The notes: generated by a model from the sequence alone, not told the origin. A DNA stretch of 64,000 bases from an uncultured Desulfuromonadales bacterium (GCA_903929485.1 CAIYUY010000152.1:15756-79755), one strand, 5' to 3'; counted from the first letter of the stretch, positions 44,456 to 56,483 are shown. Translations and numbers: made by a program.

Positions 44456-45862
44456 ATGCTCAAACAAGAAGCCAAATTTTTCCACGGGGTTATCGTAATT
44501 CTGGACTTGCTGGCGCTCACCGGCGCCTTCATTCTCGCCGAGGTGCGGCAAGGGTCCGGTGGCGTGGGGCAATTTGCGCAATATCGCTGGCTCCTGCTCA
44601 TCATTCTCCCTGTCTGGTATCTTGTGATCGCCCGTTTTGGCCTCTACAGCTCACAGAGGCTGCAGTCCCTTTCCTTTATTACCTGGTCCCTGCTCAAGGT
44701 GCAGTTCGTGGCCGTCATTATCTGCGCGTCACTGATGTATGTGCTGGAACCTGGGGGGGTCAGTCGCCTGCTTCTGGGATACTTTCTCCTCTTTTCAACC
44801 TGCTTCCTCCTGGCAACCAAGGTGGGGGGGCGGTTGATCCTGAATCTGTTCAGGAAAATGGGATACAATTATCGCAATATCATCGTCGTCGGCTGCAGTG
44901 ACAAGGCTCTTGATTTTATCCGGATGATCGAGGGGCATCGGCAGTGGGGATTGAACTTCATGGGGATCGTTCGCGTGGCTGAGGATCTCCCCGATGAGAT
45001 CCTTACTCGATACCGATTGTTGGGTCGCCTGGACAATCTGGTGGAGATTTGCAAGGATAATCCCATAGATGAAGTTGTGTTCTGTCTCTCCAAGGAGTAT
45101 CTGAACCAGTTGGATGAGTATGTTCGGGAACTGGAAATTTTGGGTGTCACCGCCAGGATGGTGCTGGATCTCTTCGACCTGCAGAGCTCAAAGACGGAAC
45201 TTAGTTTTTTTCATGACGAGATACCCATCCTGACTTTTCACAGCAAGGTGCTTGATCATAATCAGCTTGTCTTGAAGCGGGCGATGGATATGGGGGGGGC
45301 CATTGTGGGATTGACCTTGACGTTGTCGGCGCTCCCCTTCATCGCTCTCGCCGTCAAGCTTGATTCTCCCGGACCTCTTTTTTTCGGTCAAAAACGGGTG
45401 AGGGAAAACGGGCGACTCTTCACCTGTTGGAAATTTCGCTCCATGTACAAGGATGCCGAGGAGCAGAAAAAGAAACTGCTCCGGCATAATGAAATGTCCG
45501 GCGCCATGTTCAAGATGCAGAATGATCCGAGAATCACCAAGGTCGGCAATTTTCTCAGAAAAACCAGTCTCGATGAACTCCCCCAGTTCTGGAATGTGCT
45601 GCGGGGAGAGATGAGCCTTGTGGGGACCCGTCCTCCTACCCCCGACGAGGTTGCGACCTATGATAACTGGCACCGGCGGCGGATCTCCATCAAGCCGGGG
45701 ATAACCGGGCTCTGGCAGGTGAGCGGTCGGAGTAAGATCGCGGATTTTGACGAAGTGGTGCGCCTTGACCTTCTTTACATCGATACCTGGAGCATCTGGT
45801 CCGATCTGAAAATTATCGGCAAGACCTTTCTCGTGGTGGCCAGACATCATGGTTCCTTTTGA
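44456..45862 (+). CDS. Polyprenyl-phosphate sugar phosphotransferase (WbaP/EpsB-like priming enzyme)
   Basis: N-terminal TM bundle, then the Bac_transf core KRAMDMGGAIVGL...LDSPGPLFFGQKRVRENGRLFTCWKFRSM...DELPQFWNVLRGEMSLVGTRPP. Confidence 0.85.
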   Translation: MLKQEAKFFHGVIVILDLLALTGAFILAEVRQGSGGVGQFAQYRWLLLIILPVWYLVIARFGLYSSQRLQSLSFITWSLLKVQFVAVIICASLMYVLEPGGVSRLLLGYFLLFSTCFLLATKVGGRLILNLFRKMGYNYRNIIVVGCSDKALDFIRMIEGHRQWGLNFMGIVRVAEDLPDEILTRYRLLGRLDNLVEICKDNPIDEVVFCLSKEYLNQLDEYVRELEILGVTARMVLDLFDLQSSKTELSFFHDEIPILTFHSKVLDHNQLVLKRAMDMGGAIVGLTLTLSALPFIALAVKLDSPGPLFFGQKRVRENGRLFTCWKFRSMYKDAEEQKKKLLRHNEMSGAMFKMQNDPRITKVGNFLRKTSLDELPQFWNVLRGEMSLVGTRPPTPDEVATYDNWHRRRISIKPGITGLWQVSGRSKIADFDEVVRLDLLYIDTWSIWSDLKIIGKTFLVVARHHGSF

Positions 45863-45883
45863 CCGGCGGTGCGTCGTGATCTC

Positions 45884-47074
45884 ATGGAAAACGGCGAGGA
45901 GAGTGTGTTCGTGAAGGTGGCGTATTTTCACCACAGTGGGGACCTGTACGGTTCCAGCAAATCACTGCTGTATCTGTTGGGAGAACTGCGCAAGAAGGAG
46001 GTTGATCCTCTGGTGATTCTGGCTGAGGATGGTCCGTTCCGTCAGCTTCTGAAGGAGAAAGGGTTCGCCGTGGAGCTTGTGGAGGAGATTCCCGTGCTCC
46101 GCCGCAAGATGTTGCGCTCTACCGTCGCCCTGTTTAGTTTCTTCTACGGTTTCACGCGCGCTCTTCCCAGGATATGCCGCATCCTGCGGGACAACAAAAT
46201 AGAGCTTATTCATAGCAATGATCTGGTCGTCGGCCTGGCGCCGGGTATGGCGGCGTGGGCGCTGAAGATTCCCCACGTATGGCACGTCAGATCCAACCTT
46301 GGGGAATTCAGACTTTTTTCCTTCCTCATGCGCCGGCTGGTACGCTCTTTCTCCACGGCGCTCATCGGCGTGTCACAGTCAGTCGTGCGGCAGGTGGGAA
46401 CGGGGAGTTCCACGGGAATCCGGCTGGTGTATAACGGACTCCCCCCTGAGATCATCGGTCGCCGACTCCCCTTCGATACCTCGTTTCGTGAGCGCTACGC
46501 TCTTGCGGCTGATGACATCGTCATCTGCTGTGTCGGCAGGATCAACGGTTGGAAAGGGCAGAATTTCCTCGCCCGCGCCGTCGCCTCTATCCGGGACGAG
46601 TTGCCGGACAGTGTTAAATTGCTCCTTGTGGGAGATCCCTATCCCGGTTCCGAGTTTCATCAGAGTCAGCTGGAAGAGCTGATTCAACTCCTGGGTATCA
46701 GGGAGCGGACCACGCAGATAAGTTTTGTCACCGATGTCCGCTCCGTTTATGAGGCCATAGACATCCTGGTGGTTCCCTCGGTTATTCCCGAGCCTTTCGG
46801 GCTTGTCGTCGTGGAAGGTATGACCTATGGTTGCCCCATTATCGCGGCAAACCATGGAGGACCTTCCGAGATTCTTCAGGATCAACGTACCGGACTTCTC
46901 TACGAGCCGGGTGATCTGGCTGGATTGGCCGCGCGAATCCGGCAACTTGTCGCCGATAAAGAGTTGCGCCTGAAATTGGGAGCCAACGCCGTGAAATTCA
47001 TGGAACACTCCTTCTCCATTACCGAAACGGCCGATAGGGTCTACGACACCTACCGTTTCTGCCTGAACAGGTAA
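45884..47074 (+). CDS. GT4-type glycosyltransferase
   Basis: C-terminal PSVIPEPFGLVVVEGMTYGCPIIAANHGGPSEI (E.7E-type motif). The start is uncertain (45869 or 45884). Confidence 0.7.
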   Translation: MENGEESVFVKVAYFHHSGDLYGSSKSLLYLLGELRKKEVDPLVILAEDGPFRQLLKEKGFAVELVEEIPVLRRKMLRSTVALFSFFYGFTRALPRICRILRDNKIELIHSNDLVVGLAPGMAAWALKIPHVWHVRSNLGEFRLFSFLMRRLVRSFSTALIGVSQSVVRQVGTGSSTGIRLVYNGLPPEIIGRRLPFDTSFRERYALAADDIVICCVGRINGWKGQNFLARAVASIRDELPDSVKLLLVGDPYPGSEFHQSQLEELIQLLGIRERTTQISFVTDVRSVYEAIDILVVPSVIPEPFGLVVVEGMTYGCPIIAANHGGPSEILQDQRTGLLYEPGDLAGLAARIRQLVADKELRLKLGANAVKFMEHSFSITETADRVYDTYRFCLNR

Positions 47075-48277
47075 ATGTTTACCCATTCCCTCCAGCTTCG
47101 CTCATCCGGTGATCCCTCCTCACGTGACAACGGGAATCCAGGCGTGGGTATCTTCAAGCTTTGTTACCCTGCTCCTTCGGAGACTTTTATCACCACCCAG
47201 GCCCGGGCGCTTACCGGCTATGCTCCGCTTATTCTCGCCCGTAAGAGAAACGGCGTCACCACCCTCCCCATGCTGGCGGTCAGTGATCATGATCCTTGGG
47301 GGTTCCGCCAGGGATGGCTGGCCCTCACCGGTTCCCCCTCTCTGTTTCTCAAGGACGAGCGTGTCCGGAACCTTGCGCTGGTTCATGCCCACTCCGGCCC
47401 TGACGGGGTCTATGCGTTAAGGCTGGCAGAGCGTTTAGCCTTGCCGTTGGTGGTCACCTATCACGGCCAGGACGCAACGTGCCGGAACTGGCCGTTGTTC
47501 CGATCGCTCCTGGGGGTGACGGTGGCCAGGTATTTCCGGTTTCGACATCGTTTGCAGGCAACGTGCGGTGCAGTCATAGCCGTTTCCGATTTCATCGGGG
47601 AGTGTCTGCTGGCGCGGGGATTGTCGCCGGAAAAGATCCATCGGCTCTACATTGGCGTGGATACGGAACGATTTCGCCCGCTACCGGAAACGCCCGGGGC
47701 CGATAACGAGCAGTATATCCTCAATGTCGCCCGTCATCTGCCGGTGAAGGGGGTGGCTACCTTGTTGCGCGCCTTTGCTCGAATTGCCGGAGAGCACCCT
47801 CGGGTACAGCTTCTGCAAGTGGGCGCCGGTCCTTTGGCGGAGTCGCTGCGTGGGCTTACCAGGGAGCTTGGGATCACCCATAGGGTACGGTTTCTCGGTT
47901 CGCTGTCACACGAGGAGATTCTCCTTCTGATGCAACGAGCGGAGATCTTCGCCTTGTCCAGTCAGACAGTTCGTAGCGGCGCCAGGGAAGCTTTGGGAAT
48001 GGTGCTGAACGAGGCTTCGGCTTGCGGTGTGGCCATTGCGGCTACCCGCTGCGGCGGGATTCCCGAGGCGGTTTTGCACGGTGAAACCGGGCTTCTCTCT
48101 CCGGAGCAGGATGACCGGACCCTGGCTGATAATCTGAATCGGCTCTTGGCCGACGGGGAATTGCGGCGGCGGTTGGGGCTGCGGGGGAGGGAATTTGTCA
48201 GCAGGCAGTTTTGCCTCGGGAAACAGACGGCAAAGCTGGAGCGGCTCTATGATCTGTTGGTTGAAAAAAACAGGTAA
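47075..48277 (+). CDS. GT4-type glycosyltransferase
   Basis: The ATG comes directly after the upstream TAA. The C-terminus reads EALGMVLNEASACGVAIAATRCGGIPEAV. Confidence 0.7.
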   Translation: MFTHSLQLRSSGDPSSRDNGNPGVGIFKLCYPAPSETFITTQARALTGYAPLILARKRNGVTTLPMLAVSDHDPWGFRQGWLALTGSPSLFLKDERVRNLALVHAHSGPDGVYALRLAERLALPLVVTYHGQDATCRNWPLFRSLLGVTVARYFRFRHRLQATCGAVIAVSDFIGECLLARGLSPEKIHRLYIGVDTERFRPLPETPGADNEQYILNVARHLPVKGVATLLRAFARIAGEHPRVQLLQVGAGPLAESLRGLTRELGITHRVRFLGSLSHEEILLLMQRAEIFALSSQTVRSGAREALGMVLNEASACGVAIAATRCGGIPEAVLHGETGLLSPEQDDRTLADNLNRLLADGELRRRLGLRGREFVSRQFCLGKQTAKLERLYDLLVEKNR

Positions 48278-48292
48278 GGGGAGAGGTCAAGG

Positions 48293-49186
48293 TTGAGAAC
48301 GTTACCGCTCGGATTTTCCATCGTTATTCCCACCTTTCGTCGCAGGGATCTGTTGCGGGGATGCCTGGCGTCATGTCTCGAACAGGAGTATCCGCCCCAC
48401 GAAATCATCGTCGTTGATGACGCCTCTCCCGATGATACCGCCGCCATGGTTCGGAGTGAATTTCCCGGGGTGCTCCTGCTCCGGTTGGAGCATAACAGCG
48501 GTCCGGCCACGGCTCGGAATCGGGGGGTTGCCGCGGCAAGTGGTGATGTCATCGTGTTTACCGATGATGATTGTCTCCTCCCTCCGGAGTTTCTTGCCCG
48601 TCTTGCCGACGGCTACCGAACGCACCCCGAGATTGCCGGGGCCGGCGGCTATCTGGATCCCCCAGCGGAACTCCTGGGGGATAACCCCTATGCCCGGTAC
48701 GATTATCATATGACCCACACCTTTTACGGATTTGGACCGGAGCCGGTGGTGGGCGGGGCGGAGTGTCCCGCCGGGGGAACCCACTCCATGTCATACCGTG
48801 CCCGGGTGCTGACGGAGGTAGGTGGTTTTGACGAGTCGTTCGTATCTCCCGGCGGCGAGGATGCGGACCTGAAAAACAGGGTCGTGGAGCGGGGACACAA
48901 CCTCCTTTATCTGCCGGTCAGGGTAGTGCACCGCCGCCGCTACGGATTCAGCGACTTTTGTCGCCAGTATTTCGCTCATGGCCGTGGTTCCTCCCTGTAC
49001 AGGCGCAAGCATCTCGGCGCCGGGAAGGGGGTGAGACGGCACGGTTTTCCTCTCCGTGTGGGTTTGCGCGTTATGGACCTTATTCCTGATCTGTTCCGTA
49101 TCGGACCATCTCTCACGCTGTTGAAGATTGTCGCCGGAGCAGCCGGCTTTGCCGGGAAGCTGTACGAAAGCTATCGCAAGCGGTAG
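48293..49186 (+). CDS. Family 2 glycosyltransferase
   Basis: FSIVIPTFRR...IIVVDDASPDDT...FTDDDC. TTG start with GGGGAGAGG upstream. Confidence 0.75.
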   Translation: MRTLPLGFSIVIPTFRRRDLLRGCLASCLEQEYPPHEIIVVDDASPDDTAAMVRSEFPGVLLLRLEHNSGPATARNRGVAAASGDVIVFTDDDCLLPPEFLARLADGYRTHPEIAGAGGYLDPPAELLGDNPYARYDYHMTHTFYGFGPEPVVGGAECPAGGTHSMSYRARVLTEVGGFDESFVSPGGEDADLKNRVVERGHNLLYLPVRVVHRRRYGFSDFCRQYFAHGRGSSLYRRKHLGAGKGVRRHGFPLRVGLRVMDLIPDLFRIGPSLTLLKIVAGAAGFAGKLYESYRKR

Positions 49187-49196
49187 ACCGCGCTCT

Positions 49197-49320
49197 CCTT
49201 CACCCTTCGACTTCGCTCAGGGCGCCCTCTTTCACCCTTCACCCTTCACCCTTCACCTTTCACCCTTCACCCTTCACCCTTCACCCTTCACCCTTCACCT
49301 TTCACCCTTCACCCTTCGCA
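49197..49320. repeat. Heptanucleotide tandem array: 12 consecutive C(C/T)TTCAC units plus degenerate flanking copies
   Basis: Counted base by base from 49229 to 49312. The array ends in CCTTCGCAGTTAA, the same ...TTCACGCAGTTAA junction seen at 20856..20870. It fills the gap between convergent genes. Confidence 0.95.
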
Positions 49321-49321
49321 G

Positions 49322-50365
49322 TTAAATTATCGCGTGGTGTTCGATCAGCGCCTTGAAACTTCGATGTGCCGTCAGGTAGCGGTTGTCTTCGGCGTAGGTT
49401 GCCGGATAAATGGGGGGCACCTTCAGGTGGTTCAGATCATTGTCCACGTTGACAAAGGTGAAGAGGCAAGAATTGGAAAGCGCCTTGCTGCTCCGGTCCC
49501 GGCTTATCCGTTCGATGTTGGCTTCCACGCAGATGAAGCTGCCGCTGGTATAGACGATGCGGCTGGTGTAGTGGAGTTTGTCCCCCAATCGTACCGGGTG
49601 GAAGAAATTGATCCGGTTCACGGCTGCCATAATGGCGCGATTGGGGATCACCAGTTCAGAGCAGATGGATGAGAGCTCGTAGGCCCTTCGGATCAGATAT
49701 CCGCCGAAAATTTTCTGCGGCACATTCTCCTGTTCCGGATACATCCGCTCCCAGGCGTCGGCCATCAGTTTGCCCGCCTTCAGCCCGGTAAATCCGGCCT
49801 CTTCCTGAGCTTGGTGGAGAGTGCTGATCATGGTGAATTCCTCCCGTGAGGGTGGTTCCGAGACAAGCTCCTGCTCTTTCCGATGCTCCTCGCGACCGGT
49901 AACCGCCTTCCGAGCCCTCCGCAGTTCATTTTCGTCCAGATATTCCAATGGTGGCAACGAAACGCTGAACTCCTGGCCATCCTTCCATGAACGGGCCACC
50001 ATGGTGAAATGGCAGGAGGCGATGTGATTAGCCGGTTCGCCGGGTTGCTCCACCCGGATACCGACGACGATGGATGAACGTCCCACATGGTTGATCCGGG
50101 CTTGGAAGGAGAGATCCCGGTTCACGTCGGCAACGTGGCGGATGAATATGTCGTCGATGGCCGCAGTCACTACCCGTGCCTGGGGGAAGAACCGGTTTAC
50201 GTACTTCAGGGCCGTGGCTTCGGCCACCAGGTCCAGGATCTCCAGAAGAAGCCCGAAGCGGAGATTTCCCTGAATCTGCTCGTTCACCACCATATGACGG
50301 CGGCGAAGCGCCGGGTCGCTTCCAAGGGAGAGCGTCTGATAATGTGATGTTTCGTTGGCGCGCAT
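49322..50365 (-). CDS. Acyl-CoA thioesterase, tandem hotdog-fold (4HBT-type) domains
   Basis: I chose the start MRANETS because AAGGAG lies upstream. It has two hotdog-like halves (...INHVGRSSIVVGIRVE... and ...YTSGSFICVEANIE...). Confidence 0.55.
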   Translation of the reverse strand: MRANETSHYQTLSLGSDPALRRRHMVVNEQIQGNLRFGLLLEILDLVAEATALKYVNRFFPQARVVTAAIDDIFIRHVADVNRDLSFQARINHVGRSSIVVGIRVEQPGEPANHIASCHFTMVARSWKDGQEFSVSLPPLEYLDENELRRARKAVTGREEHRKEQELVSEPPSREEFTMISTLHQAQEEAGFTGLKAGKLMADAWERMYPEQENVPQKIFGGYLIRRAYELSSICSELVIPNRAIMAAVNRINFFHPVRLGDKLHYTSRIVYTSGSFICVEANIERISRDRSSKALSNSCLFTFVNVDNDLNHLKVPPIYPATYAEDNRYLTAHRSFKALIEHHAII

Positions 50366-50576
50366 GGGGACTCCTTTGCCGGTAAATGCGCTCAGTATAC
50401 CCATGTTTCAGGCAAAAGAAAGGAGAAAGAGCCCTCCGTTCAGGGGGAGGTCAGATGAGTAAAAAAAGGGCAGTTTCTCTATTCCGTGCAATAATGAGGC
50501 TGCCGGTTTACTCCATCCTTGTTGTTGCCATCAGGTAACAGTTCGTTTTTAAGTTATTTTTACTGTTTACGCCATC

Positions 50577-50592
50577 TGGCACATCTTGTGCT
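50577..50592 (+). promoter_or_regulatory. Candidate sigma-54 (-24/-12) promoter
   Basis: TGGCAC-ATCTT-GTGCT. GG and GC are at the canonical spacing. It lies 228 nt upstream of the OMP/amt/glnK genes. Confidence 0.55.
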
Positions 50593-50819
50593 AATCAAAC
50601 GATAACATCCGGACGATGACGTTCCCAAGGTGGATAAATATGGCCGATCGAAAGATTTCAGGCAGTAGCGTTTTTTCACCATGCGTAATGTGGGCGGCTT
50701 GATAGCTTTGCACAATATCTCTGAAAGGAGGGTAACAGGCGCAGGGTAATAACATTGGCAAAAAAGATTCTTAACCTCCAACAGTGCATGACTACCTCAC
50801 CACAAAAGGAGCTGAAACG

Positions 50820-51599
50820 ATGAAAAAAATGATCAAAACGGCAGCAGCGGTATTCACCTGTGTCGGCGCTTTTTCGGGTATGGCCTTCGCCACCCCCTCC
50901 ACTCAAATCTGGATTCCTTCGACGGATATCCAGGGATATCAGTCTCTGCACTTGAATCTCGATACCTATTTCCGGGCATCGGGCGTTAGCAAGACGGGAA
51001 GCGTGACAGGACGTGATGCCAATACTATCCTGGTAGGCCCGACGATCGGGGTTCTTCCCTTTGAAAAAATTCAGGCGGAAGTCGGTTTCGATTACGTGGT
51101 AACGGGGACTGAGGCCGGTGACAATTATCCTTTCATGGGGCACTTCAAGGTCGGGACAGCTGAAGATTCGCTCTTCACCTATTCCCCCGCGCTTGCCGTC
51201 GGCATGTACAACATCGGCAACAGCCACAAGTTGGGGATGATGTCCGGACAGAACATGGTGTACGGTCTTGCCGCCAGGACTCTCCCCGTCGTCGGTAGGA
51301 TTTCCGCGGGTGGTTACGCCGGGAGCAAGATCTCCTTTGATGATGGCAGAGGGGCGGATACGGCCCAAAATACCGGTGTTCTCCTCTCCTGGGATCGGAC
51401 CATGACGGAAATCTCCGACAAACTCTGGCTGGCGGTCGATTACCAGGGGGGGAACAACGTCAACGGTTCGGTGAATTTCGGCGTCTCCTGGGCGTTCTCC
51501 AAGAATGTCTCCGTTATCTTCGGTTATGACGTCTACAAGGAGAAGGCTCTGGCTGGAAACAACACCTTCACCACGCAGGTTGATATTAACTGGCCTTAG
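50820..51599 (+). CDS. Predicted outer-membrane beta-barrel protein (porin-like), unknown family
   Basis: AAGGAG RBS upstream. Signal peptide MKKMIKTAAAVFTCVGAFSGMAFA. Alternating amphipathic strands and an aromatic C-terminus (...QVDINWP). Confidence 0.5.
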   Translation: MKKMIKTAAAVFTCVGAFSGMAFATPSTQIWIPSTDIQGYQSLHLNLDTYFRASGVSKTGSVTGRDANTILVGPTIGVLPFEKIQAEVGFDYVVTGTEAGDNYPFMGHFKVGTAEDSLFTYSPALAVGMYNIGNSHKLGMMSGQNMVYGLAARTLPVVGRISAGGYAGSKISFDDGRGADTAQNTGVLLSWDRTMTEISDKLWLAVDYQGGNNVNGSVNFGVSWAFSKNVSVIFGYDVYKEKALAGNNTFTTQVDINWP

Positions 51600-51713
51600 T
51601 ACAACTTAGCGCGGATTGAAAGTGGGGGAGTTTCGGCTCCCCCGCTTATGGAAATTTCACTTATGGAAGGGTCAACGAAGCCCCTTTTAACCAAAAATTG
51701 AAAGGAGTGCAAC

Positions 51714-53764
<2,051 letters not shown>

Positions 53765-53810
53765 CGGTTGGTTATGTAGCTTTGTAACTCCAAGCGGTTT
53801 GAACGCAGGA

Positions 53811-53849
53811 AACAGGCCCCGTTGAACGCGACGGGGCCTGTTGTTTTTT
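53811..53849 (+). terminator. Rho-independent terminator after glnK
   Basis: 12-bp stem AACAGGCCCCGT/ACGGGGCCTGTT with an 8-nt loop, followed by GTTTTTT. Confidence 0.85.
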
Positions 53850-53878
53850 GAGTGTATCCATAAAAGGAGTTATTTATT

Positions 53879-54199
53879 ATGACGCCGGGTGCATGGCTCA
53901 TTTTTCTTGTCGCGGCCATATTGGAAGTTGCCGGAGATGCCGTCATCAGAAAAGGGCTTCGTGGGGGCGCTATCTGGTTTGTCGTCCTCGGATTCCTCAT
54001 GTTGGGGTGTTACGGCGTGACGGTCAACATGGTCAAGTGGGATTTTTCCCGACTTTTGGGGGTGTACGTGGCTCTCTTCGCCCTGGTCAGCGTTCTCACG
54101 GGCCGTTTCGTATTCAAGGAATCGATTCCCCTGACGACGTGGGTGGGACTGGCCATTATTATCGTTGGTGGCGTGGTTATTCAGAGCGGTCAGAGTTAG
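53879..54199 (+). CDS. Small four-TM membrane protein (SMR/DMT-like, YnfA/UPF0060-type)
   Basis: 106 aa with four hydrophobic segments. ILEVAGDAVIRKGL is reminiscent of the family. AAAGGAG lies upstream. Confidence 0.5.
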   Translation: MTPGAWLIFLVAAILEVAGDAVIRKGLRGGAIWFVVLGFLMLGCYGVTVNMVKWDFSRLLGVYVALFALVSVLTGRFVFKESIPLTTWVGLAIIIVGGVVIQSGQS

Positions 54200-54359
54200 C
54201 ACGGTAAATGGGCAACTATTGCGACGCATCCACCTTGTGAGCAGAAACATGAGGTCACCTTGCTTATTTTATTTGCTCATTGCTTGAAATAGAGGCAGAA
54301 ACTGGCTGCTCGGCTATGGAGTCGGTAGCGCAACTAACTGTAATCACGACTTAAAATTA

Positions 54360-54375
54360 TGGCATGCCCTGTGCA
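54360..54375 (+). promoter_or_regulatory. Candidate sigma-54 (-24/-12) promoter
   Basis: TGGCAT-GCCCT-GTGCA, 53 nt upstream of the second glnK. It has the same GTGC -12 element as the site at 50577. Confidence 0.6.
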
Positions 54376-54397
54376 GTTACTGCAACGAGAACAATGA

Positions 54398-54766
<369 letters not shown>

Positions 54767-54811
54767 GATTTGGTGAAGTCAAAAGATACATACATTCAGG
54801 AGGTAAGTACC

Positions 54812-56332
54812 ATGGTACGAAGAGGTATCTGTTCGTCAGCTAAGGGAGCTGTTGATTCTCCCCGCATCTCGTCACGCATGAAAGCCGTTTTTCTTGCCCT
54901 TTCTCTCACACTCGCTTTTGCCGGTTCCGCCGTAGTTCTCCATGCTGAAGATGCCAAGCCTGCTCCTCTCCAGGGGGCGCTCTCCACGACAAAGGGTGCT
55001 ACCACTGTCACCCTTGCGACGCCGGCTGCAGCCCCGGTGGAAGCGCCGAAACCGAAGAATGTTGACCCGGTTCTCAATACCGGGGATACCGCCTGGATGC
55101 TCGTCTCCTCAGCCCTGGTCCTGTTGATGATTCCCGGCCTTGGCTTCTTCTATGGCGGCATGGTCCGGAAGAAGAATGTCCTCTCCACCATGATGCACTC
55201 ATTCGTCGCCATGGGGATTGTGGGTGTTCAGTGGACGGTCATCGGCTATTCACTCTCCTTCGGGCCTGATATGGGTGGCGGGCTTCTGGGCAATTTCAGC
55301 AAGGCTTTGCTTAATGGGCTCATTACTTTCAAGGACGGTAACCCGGTTTACGCCCTCTTTCAGAATGTGCCGACGGAACCCGGCTCAATCCCTGAACTGG
55401 TTTTCGCCATGTACCAGTGCATGTTCGCCATGATCACCGTGGCCTTGATCTCCGGAGCAATTGCCGAGCGGGTGAAATTCTCCGCCTACTGCATCTTCGT
55501 GTTGGCCTGGACTACTCTTGTCTATGATCCCCTGGCGCACTGGGTCTGGATGAGCGACGGCTGGCTCTTTAAGAAGGGGGCGCTGGATTTTGCCGGTGGA
55601 ACCGTTGTTCATCTCTCGTCAGGGGTTTCGGCGCTGGTGTTCCTCTACTTTCTGGGCAAGCGCCATGGCTTCCCCCAAGAGCGTATGGCGCCTCACAGCC
55701 TCCCGTTGACCATGCTTGGTGTCGGTCTCCTCTGGTTCGGCTGGTTCGGCTTCAATGCAGGTTCCGCCATAGTCGGCCCCAACTGTTCCGACGCGGCGGG
55801 CGGTCTTGCCGGTCTTGCCTTCGCCACCACGACCATCGCCCCGGCAGCTGCCGGACTTTCCTGGATGTTCACGGAATGGATCCATGCCGGTAAGCCCTCC
55901 GCCCTGGGTTTCGGTTCCGGCATCGTGGCGGGACTCGTTGTGATAACTCCGGCCGCCGGTTTTGTTCAGCCGGGAGCCGCCCTGATCATGGGGGTCGCAG
56001 CCGGAATCCTCTGTTATTTTGGTGTTCTCATGAAAGCCAAGTTGAAGTATGATGACTCTCTGGATGCATTCGGAGTACATGGCATCGGCGGCACCTTCGG
56101 CGCGCTTATGACCGGTGTTTTCGCCACGGTGGGGGCCAAGGGGCTCCTGCAGGGAGACGTAAAGCAGTTCATGACCCAGGTGATTGCCGTGGCGGCAGCC
56201 GGGGCCTATGCCGTAATCGTAACCCTGGTCATTGCCTTTATCCTGGACAAGAGTATCGGTCTCCGCGTGGAGAAGGAAGACGAGGTGAGGGGGTTGGACG
56301 AAACGACTCACGCGGAATCGGCATACAACTGA
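54812..56332 (+). CDS. amtB: Ammonium transporter (Amt family, second copy)
   Basis: I chose the start MVRRGICS because AGGAGG lies upstream. The Amt core reads DTAWMLVSSALVLLM...DFAGGTVVHLSSG...FGVHGIGG. Confidence 0.85.
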   Translation: MVRRGICSSAKGAVDSPRISSRMKAVFLALSLTLAFAGSAVVLHAEDAKPAPLQGALSTTKGATTVTLATPAAAPVEAPKPKNVDPVLNTGDTAWMLVSSALVLLMIPGLGFFYGGMVRKKNVLSTMMHSFVAMGIVGVQWTVIGYSLSFGPDMGGGLLGNFSKALLNGLITFKDGNPVYALFQNVPTEPGSIPELVFAMYQCMFAMITVALISGAIAERVKFSAYCIFVLAWTTLVYDPLAHWVWMSDGWLFKKGALDFAGGTVVHLSSGVSALVFLYFLGKRHGFPQERMAPHSLPLTMLGVGLLWFGWFGFNAGSAIVGPNCSDAAGGLAGLAFATTTIAPAAAGLSWMFTEWIHAGKPSALGFGSGIVAGLVVITPAAGFVQPGAALIMGVAAGILCYFGVLMKAKLKYDDSLDAFGVHGIGGTFGALMTGVFATVGAKGLLQGDVKQFMTQVIAVAAAGAYAVIVTLVIAFILDKSIGLRVEKEDEVRGLDETTHAESAYN

Positions 56333-56354
56333 TCCGTATCCCCCGTTTTTTTTA

Positions 56355-56393
56355 GTCCGACCGACGCGCCCTTCAAGCCGGAATGCCTGGAGG
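56355..56393 (+). terminator. Probable terminator after amt copy 2
   Basis: 9-bp stem GCGCCCTTC/GGAGGGTGC that includes two G-U pairs, followed by TTTTATT. Confidence 0.45.
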
Positions 56394-56483
56394 GTGCGTT
56401 TTATTAATGGTTTTATTCATCTCTTTTAGTTTTAAAGATACCCTTTAGCTCTCTTCCCTTTTGCGGATCATCCTGGGCCAGCC

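Noticed and set aside
49128-49325. 65-aa ORF encoding repeated SPFTLH peptides
   Set aside because: It is simply the translation of the CCCTTCA heptamer array. Because 7 is not a multiple of 3, all three frames rotate, giving a 21-nt pseudo-peptide repeat. There is no RBS.
53848-54207. 119-aa ORF overlapping the small membrane protein gene in another frame
   Set aside because: Its translation is Arg/Gly-rich. The 53879 frame gives four clean hydrophobic helices and has an AAAGGAG RBS.
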